The notes: generated from the letters alone by a model not told the origin. 64,000 nucleotides of DNA from a virus (IMGVR_UViG_3300007523_000008:1-64000); one strand, 5' to 3'; counted from the stretch's first letter, positions 1-9,990 are shown. Translations and numbers: made by a program.

Positions 1-1790
1 CCTGGGTACCAGTTGTTCCTTGGGTACCAGTTGTTCCTTGTATTCCCTGTATGCCTTGGATACCTTGGGTACCAGTTGTTCCTTGGGTACCAGTTATACC
101 CTGGGTGCCAGTTGTTCCTTGGGTACCAGTTATACCCTGGGTGCCAGTTGTTCCCTGGGTGCCAGTTGTTCCCTGGGTGCCAGTTGTTCCTTGTATTCCC
201 TGTATGCCTTGGATACCTTGGATGCCCTGGATTCCCTGAGAACCAGTTACACCTTGCCGTCCTTGAATTCCTTGTATACCCTGGCTACCTGTTGTGCCTT
301 GGGCGCCGGTAGTTCCTTGGATTCCTTGAATACCCTGAGTTCCAACAGTACCTTGGGTTCCTGTTGTTCCCTGTGAACCAGTCACACCTTGGATACCTTG
401 AATACCCTGGGTGCCAGTTGTTCCCTGGGTGCCAGTTGTTCCTTGGGTACCGGTAGTTCCTTGACGACCTTGTATACCTTGTATACCTTGTGTTCCAGTA
501 GTGCCTTGAGTTCCTGTTGTTCCCTGTGTGCCAGTTGTTCCTTGTGCGCCAGTATTTCCCAAGTCTCCCGTTCGGTAAAACCGTACAACACAAGCTTCGT
601 CGTTTGATGGCTCACTACCACTGAGATACGTCACGTTTAATTTTCTATATCCGGTCGCTGTGGTGATTGAATTTAATTCAAATAGACCGAACGTTACATC
701 GGAGTTGGTGTTGGAATCGATAGCAATAACTCCCTTAACTGTAGATGTGGAGTCGTCCCAGTAATCTATAAACGTAGTCAAATCTACAGAACCTTGATCC
801 AAAACGTCAATGTAGATAATTGTTGTGCTAGCAATAGTAGCATTGTTGAATCTAAATACACCAGTCCCTGGATCTGAGTCTGTGGTTGTTGTGCTAAAAT
901 TATATCTAGAACCGGCGTTGTTACCTTCGATACCTTGTATGCCTTGGATTCCCTGTGTACCTGATGTGCCTTGAGAACCTGTAGTTCCCTGTGTTCCTTG
1001 AATTCCCTGGATTCCCTGTATACCCTGGATTCCTTGAGTCCCCTGGGTTCCGGTTGTTCCCTGCCGACCTTGAATGCCCTGAATGCCCTGGGTTCCTTGA
1101 GTACCAGTTACGCCTTGAGTTCCTGTTGTACCCTGGACACCCACAGTTCCCTGTGTGCCAGTTATACCCTGTATGCCTTGGATTCCTTGGATTCCTTGAA
1201 TACCCTGACTTCCGGTGGTTCCTTGAGAACCTGTTGTTCCCTGTATACCTTGGATTCCTTGAGAACCCGTAGTTCCCTGGGTTCCCTGGGTTCCGGTAGT
1301 TCCCTGTGTTCCCTGTGTTCCTTGAATTCCCTGTATTCCTTGAATGCCCTGGGTGCCAGTTGTCCCCTGTGTACCTGTGATTCCTTGGGTTCCCGTAGTG
1401 CCCTGAGAACCAACAGTTCCCTGCATTCCTTGTATACCCTGGCTACCCGTTGTGCCTTGGGTTCCCGTTATACCTTGGATTCCTTGAATACCCTGGATAC
1501 CTTGGATACCAGTCACACCTTGCCGTCCTTGGATTCCCTGTATGCCCTGTATTCCTTGAATGCCCTGGGTGCCAGTTGTACCCTGAGTTCCGTCGGTTCC
1601 CTGAGAACCAGTTGCACCTTGGATGCCCTGGATTCCCTGAGAACCAGTCACACCTTGCCGTCCTTGGATTCCTTGGATTCCTTGGATTCCTTGTGCACCA
1701 GCTATTCCTTGAGTTCCCTGTGAACCGATGATGCCTTGAGTTCCTTGAGTGCCAACTGTTCCCTGGATTCCTTGAATACCCTGCACACCC
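1..1790 (-). repeat. 9-nt-periodic collagen G-X-Y coding repeats (two blocks)
   Basis: Recurring plus-strand units ccttgggta, ccagttgtt and ccctgtatg translate on the minus strand as G-T-Q, G-T-T and G-I-Q. Confidence 0.9.
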
Positions 1791-3121
1791 TGAACCGTTG
1801 GATTCAGCGCCCAAGAAGCTGTTACTGCGTACGAAGAGGTTACTGCATTTTCTGCCCATGAAGCAGTGCCAAATACACTTCCTGTAAAATGTGTTAATCT
1901 ATCTGAAATAGAAGCGGATGTGTTCGTGTATGAACTCGACAATATACCAAGACTAGAACTAAGGACAGTGGTTGTTGTAGAGAACGATGAACTATTTTCC
2001 CCAATAGTAATCGTCACTGACGAACTTAATTGAGAGGTTGAAGCTGATAGAGACGAACTGAGAGATGTAACCGTGGAAGAGAACGGTGAACTGTTCAACA
2101 CAATTGAGGCACTCAATTCATTGATTGACGAAGACACCGAAGAACTTAAAGTAGTAACGGTAGATGAAAATGATGAGCTATTCGATGTGACCGAATTTTC
2201 AAGTTCGGATATAGAAGATGACAACGACGAGCTTAAATTTGTAATCGTAGAAGAAAATGAGGAACTTGTTTCACCAATAGTAATCGTCACTAACGAACTC
2301 AATTCAGCGGTGGACGCTGAGAGTGAGGAACTGAGGTTCGTGACTGTGGTCGAAACCGATGAACTTAGTATGCTAGTTTCTCCTGACAGAGAGGAGCTCA
2401 ACGACGTCACGGTTGTTGAAAATGATTGAGAATAATCTAAGGCATTAATAGCAAATGAAGCTGTCTTGGCTTCTAAAGCGTATGACGACGTTCCCGTTAT
2501 TAAACCCACAACCTTTAAGGAAGATGTGATTTCAACTGATCCGGTGAATTGATGGATATCTGACAAATCATAACCGAATCTATTACTCCCACTACTGTAC
2601 TCTATGGATGAGGAAATCGTGTTAACCAGTAAAGTATTTACTTTGATGATTGACGCTGTTATTTCACCTACGTTAAAGTTATCGCCGGTATTAAATTGTG
2701 CGGATGAAGATATTAAGGCTGGTTTATTAGCTACGTTAGTATATTCTACATATGAGGCTGTCTTTGCTAGATTCGCTAAACCAGCGACGTGTGTATATGA
2801 GGATGTAACCGCCGTCGTAGCATAAACCGAATTTATTGAGAGAGATGATGTAGCTGAATTTCTCGCGTAACTAGCGGAAACAGTAAATGAAGCGGTCGAA
2901 GCTAAATCAGCGTGGTCTGAGTTATTAGCGTGAGACGCCGATGTAAATGGACCAAACTCCCACATCGTGCTAGATACGTATTGAACTAAATCTGTAGATA
3001 GAATCTTTGTGTTCTTGATTCCATCTGCGGCATCTGAGCCCGATTCCATCCCAACAAGATAACTTCCTGTGGATAAGGTGGCGACGGTTTCGAACTGTGA
3101 CATTTTTACTGGAGTAGACAT
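1..3121 (-). CDS. Collagen-like tail fibre or whisker protein (3' end runs off the window; not in the ORF track)
   Basis: ATG at 3121 (MSTPVKMSQFETVATLSTG...) is in the same frame as the GTQG codons at the window edge. It has a Ser/Thr-rich N-terminus (TASY/TASW repeats), then G-X-Y blocks (GTQGIQGTTGAQG) at about 925-1790 and 1-570, separated by a globular insert (SRYNFSTTTTDSDPGTGVFRFNNA...). Confidence 0.85.
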   Translation of the reverse strand, partial: MSTPVKMSQFETVATLSTGSYLVGMESGSDAADGIKNTKILSTDLVQYVSSTMWEFGPFTSASHANNSDHADLASTASFTVSASYARNSATSSLSINSVYATTAVTSSYTHVAGLANLAKTASYVEYTNVANKPALISSSAQFNTGDNFNVGEITASIIKVNTLLVNTISSSIEYSSGSNRFGYDLSDIHQFTGSVEITSSLKVVGLITGTSSYALEAKTASFAINALDYSQSFSTTVTSLSSSLSGETSILSSSVSTTVTNLSSSLSASTAELSSLVTITIGETSSSFSSTITNLSSSLSSSISELENSVTSNSSSFSSTVTTLSSSVSSSINELSASIVLNSSPFSSTVTSLSSSLSASTSQLSSSVTITIGENSSSFSTTTTVLSSSLGILSSSYTNTSASISDRLTHFTGSVFGTASWAENAVTSSYAVTASWALNPTVQGVQGIQGIQGTVGTQGTQGIIGSQGTQGIAGAQGIQGIQGIQGRQGVTGSQGIQGIQGATGSQGTDGTQGTTGTQGIQGIQGIQGIQGRQGVTGIQGIQGIQGIQGITGTQGTTGSQGIQGMQGTVGSQGTTGTQGITGTQGTTGTQGIQGIQGIQGTQGTQGTTGTQGTQGTTGSQGIQGIQGTTGSQGTTGSQGIQGIQGIQGIQGITGTQGTVGVQGTTGTQGVTGTQGTQGIQGIQGRQGTTGTQGTQGIQGIQGIQGIQGTQGTTGSQGTSGTQGIQGIQGIEGNNAGSRYNFSTTTTDSDPGTGVFRFNNATIASTTIIYIDVLDQGSVDLTTFIDYWDDSTSTVKGVIAIDSNTNSDVTFGLFELNSITTATGYRKLNVTYLSGSEPSNDEACVVRFYRTGDLGNTGAQGTTGTQGTTGTQGTTGTQGIQGIQGRQGTTGTQGTTGTQGTTGTQGIQGIQGVTGSQGTTGTQGTVGTQGIQGIQGTTGAQGTTGSQGIQGIQGRQGVTGSQGIQGIQGIQGIQGIQGTTGTQGTTGTQGTTGTQGITGTQGTTGTQGITGTQGTTGTQGIQGIQGIQGTTGTQGTTGTQ

Positions 3122-3137
3122 ATGTTATAAATATAGA

Positions 3138-3364
3138 TTAAGCAAGGGAACCTGATGTGAATAATGCGAATAATGCGAATGCAATTCTATCGATGGCCTC
3201 TGAAACTGTTGTTGGTGGAGGGGAGTCCCAGTGAGAAGATGAAACTGGATTATATGAAATAGAGGCGGTGACTGATGTGCCCACGACGATGTACCAAAAA
3301 TCGATTCGGCGGAAAATACACCATCGACGGTCAATCCTGTAAATATACGAAGCGGTGCTTTCAT
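3138..3364 (-). pseudogene. Small tail-fibre-associated protein broken by a frameshift near 3278
   Basis: ATG 3364 overlaps the upstream TAA (TAATG). Frame 1 reads MKAPLRIFTG...FGTSSWA. The -1 frame continues TSVTASISYNPVSSSHWDSPPPTTVSEAIDRIAFALFALFTSGSLA* and stops at 3138, just before the next promoter motif. Confidence 0.55.
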
Positions 3365-4635
3365 TAAATTGTTGTTCTCATGGTTCGAACAGACCAAACT
3401 CCACCGGTCGGAATAATTTTTAACAATATATTACCATTCTCTGAGACAACATTTAAAGTCGCTGTAACAACGCCTATGGTGGTCGTTCCATACTCAGAGA
3501 AATTGAGGGTCGATCCATTTTGATTCCAATTAGCCAAAATTTGGCTAGTGTAAAAATTCGTACCATCGTTCAGTGTAACTAACCAACTTACCGAATTTCC
3601 TGTACTTAGCGGAAGTGTATCGACTGTAGATTCTACTGAAACCGTGACTGCTTGAGAAACGTTGATTCCTCCGGTGGCTCCATTTGTTATAGATAGATAA
3701 GGAACTTTAGCTGGATTACCAGCAGCGTAATTTGCGGATGGGGCCATAATTGGATCGGCGGTTATTGGCGATGCTGGGAGAACACTACTTGCACCCAGTA
3801 TAGCCGCTTCTTTATCAGTAGTAACGTTGCCGGTCAGCTCAGTGTTAAATATAACTTTGCGTGGTGAAAATGCTTTTTCCGTGGTTTGTCGATGGTTCTC
3901 AAAGGTCTCGGGTAGAAGGTATGCATAAACCATCATGGAGAATGTAGCTTTTACAATTCTATCTGAATCAGCCGCGACCTCAGTCTCAAAATTGTAATCT
4001 GAGATTTGGGTACGGAACCTAAACCGGGTAAAATCTCCCCAGTAATCTTCTGTTGCAAAATTGATTGCTTCGACAACTCCATTTAACTGCTCGATATAGT
4101 CGGTCCACACTACGAAATCATAATTAACAATAACATGGTCGGGAGCTGTGACCGAGTAAATTTCTTTGACCGGAGAAAACCCTGTCATAACTGAAAATTT
4201 GTCATATTTGTTTTTTTCAGAATATCCCTTACTTGTCGGATATGATAAGTAACGATTGAAGGTGATTAGATTGTCGTTACGTTGCATCGTTGTGCGTCTG
4301 AATGCAATCGCGGGTGTTTGAACTTTTCCATGCTTGTCTCGCATATATCCGTCCTTACGAATCGCTTTCCAACGTTCGGGAGAAGCATAATTGACGGGTA
4401 CTTTTATATTTTGTCCATTATCGATGACTTGTGGGTTGATAACGTCGTCGAGATACCTCAAAATTGTGGTATCCACATCCATCAATGTCACCGAAAAGTT
4501 CTTCACATTATCAGTGTCGCGCCGAACATTGAGTGCTCTATTTTCTGATTTTAGCACGTCGGAGTTTTCCGTAGTTTTGTTCAAACGGTTCGGTGTCGGA
4601 TTATTGACTGGTTTAACTGGTCCTCTCCATGCCAT
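3364..4635 (-). CDS. Tail terminator / sheath stabiliser, T4 gp15-like, with a C-terminal beta-rich extension
   Basis: Motifs KVPVNYASPERW, TPAIAFRR and YDFVVWTDYIEQLNGVVEAI; lies downstream of gp13- and gp14-like genes as in T4-like phages. Confidence 0.65.
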   Translation of the reverse strand: MAWRGPVKPVNNPTPNRLNKTTENSDVLKSENRALNVRRDTDNVKNFSVTLMDVDTTILRYLDDVINPQVIDNGQNIKVPVNYASPERWKAIRKDGYMRDKHGKVQTPAIAFRRTTMQRNDNLITFNRYLSYPTSKGYSEKNKYDKFSVMTGFSPVKEIYSVTAPDHVIVNYDFVVWTDYIEQLNGVVEAINFATEDYWGDFTRFRFRTQISDYNFETEVAADSDRIVKATFSMMVYAYLLPETFENHRQTTEKAFSPRKVIFNTELTGNVTTDKEAAILGASSVLPASPITADPIMAPSANYAAGNPAKVPYLSITNGATGGINVSQAVTVSVESTVDTLPLSTGNSVSWLVTLNDGTNFYTSQILANWNQNGSTLNFSEYGTTTIGVVTATLNVVSENGNILLKIIPTGGVWSVRTMRTTI

Positions 4636-4637
4636 AA

Positions 4638-4973
4638 TTAAAATTGATCATCTGTGCCGGTGTGTATCTTGGAGTCGGAATCCCCAGCACCACCTTCATA
4701 GTTTAAAAATTCTTCAACGAGCCCACCGTCGATGTCAAAATATTCCAACGATTCTCTAGCACACTTCACCAAGTAGCTATCGATACTACCACCGTGCTTT
4801 TTGACTTCTGCAAAGTACGTTCCAAGTACGCCAAAAATTTCGGCATTGTCTTCACGTTGCTCTGGGGTCAAGTCTTCAATCATGGCACCTATCTCATCCA
4901 TCGGATTGACAGAGTTTGAGACATCGTCGTATTGTGTTTCTTTCAATAGGTCTTTCAGTTTGATGTGTTTCAT
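4638..4973 (-). CDS. Hypothetical acidic protein with N-terminal KLKDLLKE motif
   Basis: 111-aa ORF tightly packed in the operon. Confidence 0.7.
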   Translation of the reverse strand: MKHIKLKDLLKETQYDDVSNSVNPMDEIGAMIEDLTPEQREDNAEIFGVLGTYFAEVKKHGGSIDSYLVKCARESLEYFDIDGGLVEEFLNYEGGAGDSDSKIHTGTDDQF

Positions 4974-4976
4974 AAA

Positions 4977-5453
4977 TTAACTAGGGTTTCTTTGAACAAT
5001 ATTCAACGTGCTTAACTTTGTGTAGTGAGCGTTGATTATTATTGAGTGAGATTTTTCTGCGATACCACCCAATAGTTGTTCTTGAACAACGTTATCTACT
5101 TCGTAATACCGATCATTCCAAAATATAATGTCCCCGATTTCAGGATAAAAGTTAAGAAGTATACACATTTTTTCACGCAATTTGAAGATGTGGGTTTGTT
5201 GACGATTTGGACCGAAATCATCATACTCAGCTGACATTTCGGGACGTTCTGTGAGAGACGATATTCTAATTCCGGGTTCGTACCATTTTCCGGTGGTCGC
5301 CGATGTTTCTCCGTAAATATTTGTTACAGTCTCGCTGGGCGAAATTTTGAAAATATCTATGAGGTTCTCAATAAGATCACCCATCAACTCACCGTTGACC
5401 GAGCCAACAAATCTCAAATCTCTCTCAGAAAAGAAGCGGCCTTTTAATCCCAT
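4977..5453 (-). CDS. Neck / head-closure protein, T4 gp14-like
   Basis: Motifs TNIYGE, YDDFG and YPEIGDIIFWNDRYYEVDNV; lies between gp13- and gp15-like genes. Confidence 0.7.
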   Translation of the reverse strand: MGLKGRFFSERDLRFVGSVNGELMGDLIENLIDIFKISPSETVTNIYGETSATTGKWYEPGIRISSLTERPEMSAEYDDFGPNRQQTHIFKLREKMCILLNFYPEIGDIIFWNDRYYEVDNVVQEQLLGGIAEKSHSIIINAHYTKLSTLNIVQRNPS

Positions 5454-5875
5454 TTTTTCCTCCCGTTGACTAGTTCACGTAATTGAAAAGAGTTAATTGG
5501 CTCGTCTTCGCGTATGCGGTAAAGTTTCAAACCTCTTTCTTTTGCATATTGGTCTTTCAGTCTGTCTACTTTAAAGTTTTTCTTTTGATGTTCGTATGTG
5601 GCATCTTTCTCTGTTTTTGGATGCCAAAACGAACCATCAAATTCCAGTAGAACTTTCTTTTCGGGAAGATATGCGTCGTAAAATCGCCCGTCCATAGGAT
5701 ATTGGGGAACAAACTTCACACCGATTTCAGTCAACATGTCGTAGTATCGAATTTCCAATGAAGTAAACTTGGCCTTAGACGGTTTAATAAGTCTCCTAAT
5801 GCCAATATGACTCATTAACTCTCTTTGTTGAGTCGTCATGACGTTTGAGAATATGGATGATAGGATTATACTCAT
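5444..5875 (-). CDS. Vsr/DUF559-like PD-(D/E)xK endonuclease (free-standing, homing-type)
   Basis: TSLE...FYDAYLPEKKVLLEFDGSFWH...DRLKDQYAKERGLKLYRIRE. Confidence 0.8.
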   Translation of the reverse strand: MSIILSSIFSNVMTTQQRELMSHIGIRRLIKPSKAKFTSLEIRYYDMLTEIGVKFVPQYPMDGRFYDAYLPEKKVLLEFDGSFWHPKTEKDATYEHQKKNFKVDRLKDQYAKERGLKLYRIREDEPINSFQLRELVNGRKKWD

Positions 5876-5881
5876 TAAAAT

Positions 5882-7114
5882 TTAGCGTCTAAGAACGAAG
5901 CACATCACAAAAATCCCAACATAAATCAAAAGGGGAATTTTATTCAACGACTCATTTAATTGTTGAGATTCGAGAGCTTTATTTTCCATCTGTGTTTTTC
6001 GTGAAGTTGCCTCCAAATTTTCTCGTAATTGAGTGATGAGGTCGGTTTTCTCTGCAGCAGCTTCTTGACGAAGTTCTCCACCATCCATAGTCACCTCAGC
6101 TCCTGGAATTGGAATAGTTTGATATTTTTGGCGAATGGAGCCGAGAACTTCTTTACAAAGAGCCAAGAAGTATTTCCGGATCCACTGTTTACCAACTTCA
6201 TTGATGTTGGAATATAAAATTACTTCATATGGTACATTGCTGTAGTCACCAATTTCCGAAAAACTTCCGGTGTCCGTACCTGTCCCATTTGTGAATATTT
6301 GCTCATCGCGGTCCCTAGACACAATGTAGTCAACATACACGGTTTTATCATATGTCGGTATTGGAAAAATCTTTAATTTATTATTGACGATTTCAAAACT
6401 GTATGCTGATTTACGAACCAAGTCGTTAAACTCAATTGCTTGCATGCGCAGCAAATCTTCGAAGATTGGTGTCATCAAGAATTGCGTAGCTGGAGAGTAA
6501 CCAGCGAATCCCATTTCATTCAACACGTTCGAGTAGCTCATACCCGTCATAGAGAATGGATCGTAGATACGTGCTGAAGCCGGTGGGGCGTTGTGGAAAA
6601 CCCGTTTAATTTCAATTCTGGAACCACTTTCAACAGTATCACCAATCAGCGCTTGTAAATCGTAGGATTGAGTTGCGTATGATGCAGTGAACGAACCACG
6701 CTTCCAATCTACGTCGCCACCAGTTCCGACTTCAGTACCGTATGCCTTGCTCAGTTGGATGAGATATGGCAATCCATTTCCTTGAATATTCCGCTGATTC
6801 ACAATCGTGGTTGTTGGCCGACCTTGTAGAAGTGTGATGTTATTTCTAATATTGAATTGATTGACTTGTGCGCCGTATTCGAGCACCGACTCTTCAAAAC
6901 ATGCGTAAAAATTATAGTCAACCATTTCAACGTCAACAATTGGATATCCGAGACGCTTAGCAGCCCAGTCAGCTGCACGTGGAGCTGACGCGGTGAAGGC
7001 TGCATCCAATTCAAAAAAACCAAATGGTGTGCTTCCAAGTGTAATAGCGGAACCAGATCCTGGCCAACGGACTCTGTCCTGGTCAACAGTGTAGTTTATT
7101 TCGGGACTTGACAT
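5882..7114 (-). CDS. Neck / head-tail adaptor protein, T4 gp13-like
   Basis: KRLGYPIVDVE; WIRKYFLALCKEVLGSIRQKYQTIPIPGAEVTMDG; C-terminal PLLIYVG. Confidence 0.8.
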   Translation of the reverse strand: MSSPEINYTVDQDRVRWPGSGSAITLGSTPFGFFELDAAFTASAPRAADWAAKRLGYPIVDVEMVDYNFYACFEESVLEYGAQVNQFNIRNNITLLQGRPTTTIVNQRNIQGNGLPYLIQLSKAYGTEVGTGGDVDWKRGSFTASYATQSYDLQALIGDTVESGSRIEIKRVFHNAPPASARIYDPFSMTGMSYSNVLNEMGFAGYSPATQFLMTPIFEDLLRMQAIEFNDLVRKSAYSFEIVNNKLKIFPIPTYDKTVYVDYIVSRDRDEQIFTNGTGTDTGSFSEIGDYSNVPYEVILYSNINEVGKQWIRKYFLALCKEVLGSIRQKYQTIPIPGAEVTMDGGELRQEAAAEKTDLITQLRENLEATSRKTQMENKALESQQLNESLNKIPLLIYVGIFVMCFVLRR

Positions 7115-7211
7115 ATACCATAAATATTAAGAAAACACCAAATTACGGTGTGAACAATAGATTTATTATACGACACGTCTAACATAGTTGTTTCATTTCA
7201 TATTTATACCC

Positions 7212-7892
7212 GTGAAACTACGAGATTTGTTGCCAGAAAGTATCCGTGATTTGAATAAGGAAGCTATCGACTTGCCTCCCCAAATCCATTTTAGTATTCC
7301 ACAATCGGCTCACCACTCTACCGCAACAAAGCCGTCAACCCCCAGTTTTTATCAAAATAAAGACATAAATTTTAAAACATCAAAAAATATGAAAGACTTC
7401 AAAGTTACCGACGATTTTGTTGATTATGTAAAAACAATGGAAAATGCACAACGTGTCGGTTATAATAAAAAATCTGGATTATGGATGCCGCACCGTTCTC
7501 CCGAAGGTGGAATGGATACGGTTGGATATGGACACAAATTAGACCATTCTGATGCTCGGCGATTGTCGGGTGGTATAACTGACAGTCAAGCGGAGAAACT
7601 GTTGCAGAATGACCTAGAAGACGCGGCACGCACCGTTAAATCACACATCTCAAGTCATTTCGGTGATGTTAAACTCTCCGATGAACAAATGGAGATGTTG
7701 GTTGAATTTACCTTCAATTTGGGTGGGTTAAAAAAATTCCCCAAGTTTACCAAGGCTGTTGTGAATAAGGATTGGGACACCGCCAAGAAGGAATATAAAA
7801 GAAGTTACGTCGATTCGGCAGGATCACGACATGAATTAAGTCGTCGTAATATCGCGTTCTACAACCGTTATCTCTCAGATAAGGTAGATTGA
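7212..7892 (+). CDS. Phage lysozyme (GH24-like muramidase) with an N-terminal propeptide-like extension
   Basis: MEN...HRSPEGGMDTVGYGHKL, AEKLLQNDL, LVEFTFNLGG, FPKFTKAV, RRN. The start is probably GTG 7212, directly after ATATTTATA. Confidence 0.85.
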   Translation: MKLRDLLPESIRDLNKEAIDLPPQIHFSIPQSAHHSTATKPSTPSFYQNKDINFKTSKNMKDFKVTDDFVDYVKTMENAQRVGYNKKSGLWMPHRSPEGGMDTVGYGHKLDHSDARRLSGGITDSQAEKLLQNDLEDAARTVKSHISSHFGDVKLSDEQMEMLVEFTFNLGGLKKFPKFTKAVVNKDWDTAKKEYKRSYVDSAGSRHELSRRNIAFYNRYLSDKVD

Positions 7893-8257
7893 AACTTTTT
7901 ATGTTTCTTGCTATGGAAATACTCAATTACCGTTGACCCAACGATTACGAGACCACACGCCACAATTAAACTAACTGCTAGTTGATTGTGTTGGGCATAC
8001 AACAAAAACTTTTCATACAGAGTTGGATCCGGCGCAGACATCGCCATTGTAGGAGTAATACCATCAACGAAGGAGTCCGAAGAGGACATCATCGCATTTA
8101 CGGTTGGATGAGCGGATTCACGTTTCTCCACTATACGACTATACCACCATGGTTCGGATGTCCACATGGTATTTAAAAATGATCCAAAAGCTGCAACGCC
8201 GGCGGCAAGCGCTGACCATCTGGCGACTCTTACGGCCGTGGGTGTTGATTTTGACAT
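7868..8257 (-). CDS. Small two-TM membrane protein (holin candidate)
   Basis: Two hydrophobic segments (WSALAAGVAAFGSFL; LAVSLIVACGLVIVGSTVI) and a basic C-terminus; convergent with the lysozyme gene. Confidence 0.5.
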   Translation of the reverse strand: MSKSTPTAVRVARWSALAAGVAAFGSFLNTMWTSEPWWYSRIVEKRESAHPTVNAMMSSSDSFVDGITPTMAMSAPDPTLYEKFLLYAQHNQLAVSLIVACGLVIVGSTVIEYFHSKKHKKFQSTLSER

Positions 8258-8308
8258 ATCTATAAATATTGGACGATTATACAGAAAGAAGCTTTTTTCT
8301 ATGGTTAT

Positions 8309-9893
8309 TTAACCGCATATCATCTCATATCTGAGGTGGCCACAGTCCCAAATACGATCATATCCAGCCTCTTGCATCAGCTGCCATTCGGTTTTAAGTG
8401 GATCACCGCCTGATTTTACAAGTGAGGATTTTGTAAAGTTGAATCTATGTAGTCGAGTTTGGGTTCCATTCAAATAAAAATATCCACATTGGGTTTTTCC
8501 GATGAGTGAGAATCCAAGTTTCTTATACATGTTTTCAGTTTCACTGGACCAACGTCTGTCGGCATATGTCAATATTTTTTTCGGTTGATGATTTTTTATA
8601 AAATATGACAACAATTTTCCAGCACCTCCGATTACATTGCGACTTGTTGCGTATCTATTTAATTCTATAAAATTTTTTTCTGATGATTTCCCCTTTGAAA
8701 TGTTTGGTTTGGAAAATGTCATAACCGCTACTAAGTTATTGCTTTCAAACAATCCTAATTTAATTTGAGATTTATCTTTTCCCTGTATATGAAATTCATC
8801 AAGAAATTTATTCTTTGTGCTGGGGTCGATTTCTTTAACTACACATTTTCGAGCAAATATAGAATTTGTTTCACGGATCCTAAAAATGCTTTTCAATTTT
8901 GATTCCACAACTTTTCTGTTATAAATCCATTCGTCTTCAAATATATGAATCATTCGTATTCCTTTAGAGACGGCATTTTCAGTTTTCCATAGATGGTATG
9001 ATTTTTCTTTTTTTCCAAAAATTTCTGAGTGATAGTATAGTCCATTGAACTCAATTGCTATTTTTTTGTTTGGTATGTATATGTCGATTTCTTTTCTATT
9101 GTCTAACATCTTTTGTGTATTTTCAATAATTTCTTCGTTTGGTAAAATCAATCGTATAAATTGTAATATTTCCGACTGCAGTTTGCTCTTGGTTTTTTTC
9201 CTAAACGGAGATTGAGCGTCTAATAGAAGTTGACTAAATTCTTTTTGTGTTTCTATACAGCTAAATTTTAATTCCTTCCCATCAGTTCGTATGTCAGATT
9301 CATTTGATAAAAATTTTACCCCTCTCTCCAAAAGTTTTTGTGTATATACATCTATGCTTCCATAGACTCGATCGAATACACAGGATCTACGGTGTCTAGG
9401 TTCACAAATTCCTTTAACTCTATATTCATTTAAACGGAACACAGCTTTCTTTCTCATCTTTTCTCGACTCTCATCGGAAAACTTGAATCCTAGAGTAGAT
9501 TTATTATGGCCGCTTAAATATTCTCTACCAAAGGGTTGATTGTATGATGAAATCTTGGTCTCTCCACCACACCCACACTTACACACCAATTTCATTCCGC
9601 TTAAGAGCTTTTCTGTAACATACGACTCTTTATTAGTTTTATGTTGTTTAATCAAATGAAAAGGCGGTGGATGTGTAAGTTTTATCATCTCCACACATCA
9701 AACATTTATATAGAGTTTTTCCTTCTTTCAATTTTTCCGCTTTTTTTGTGTTTACACGAAAATCTCCAAATTTTTCAATATACTCCACCGTAGTCATACC
9801 ATTGTGTTTATAATTAAGATGTGTGTGAATGCCATTGGACGGGTGCGTTTCTCTACAAATTTGACAGACTATTGGTTGAAGTATCCTTTTCAT
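8309..9893 (-). CDS. Hef-like homing endonuclease (C2H2 fingers, NUMOD3, Vsr-like nuclease, Mom/GNAT-like C-terminus) split by a 1-nt frameshift near 9660
   Basis: ORFs 9648-9893 and 8309-9694 join into CLMC...HLIKQH. Other motifs: CKCGCG, FSDESREKM, EIDIYIP...IAIEFNGLYYH, IHIFEDEW, ELNRYA, TYADRRWS, WDCG. Confidence 0.75.
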
Positions 9894-9900
9894 GTGTTAA

Positions 9901-9929
9901 ATGATATTTATATATAACACAGAAGTCAA
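9901..9929 (-). promoter_or_regulatory. Sigma70-type promoter TTGACT-N17-TATCAT
   Basis: Near-consensus hexamers with 17-nt spacing; ATG 9893 lies 7 nt after the -10 box. Confidence 0.65.
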
Positions 9930-9961
9930 TATTTATTTAGTAGATTCAAATATTTTTGGAC

Positions 9962-9990
9962 AAAAAAAGGGTGGCCTTTTCGGGCCACCC
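9962..9990 (-). terminator. Rho-independent terminator after the major capsid gene
   Basis: Minus strand GGGTGGCC-CGAAAA-GGCCACCC followed by T7. Confidence 0.9.

Noticed and set aside
1-570. Short direct repeats resembling a CRISPR array or VNTR
   Set aside because: They have 9-nt codon periodicity encoding G-X-Y, no unique spacers and no cas genes.
13-2825. Numerous + strand ORFs and alternative-frame - strand ORFs with repetitive translations
   Set aside because: They are shadows of the collagen/Ser-rich fibre gene in the 3121 minus frame.
5882-5915. Hydrophobic extension IFVMCFVLRR after IYVG in the gp13-like protein
   Set aside because: It may be a scar from the adjacent endonuclease insertion, but this cannot be judged without homologue alignment.
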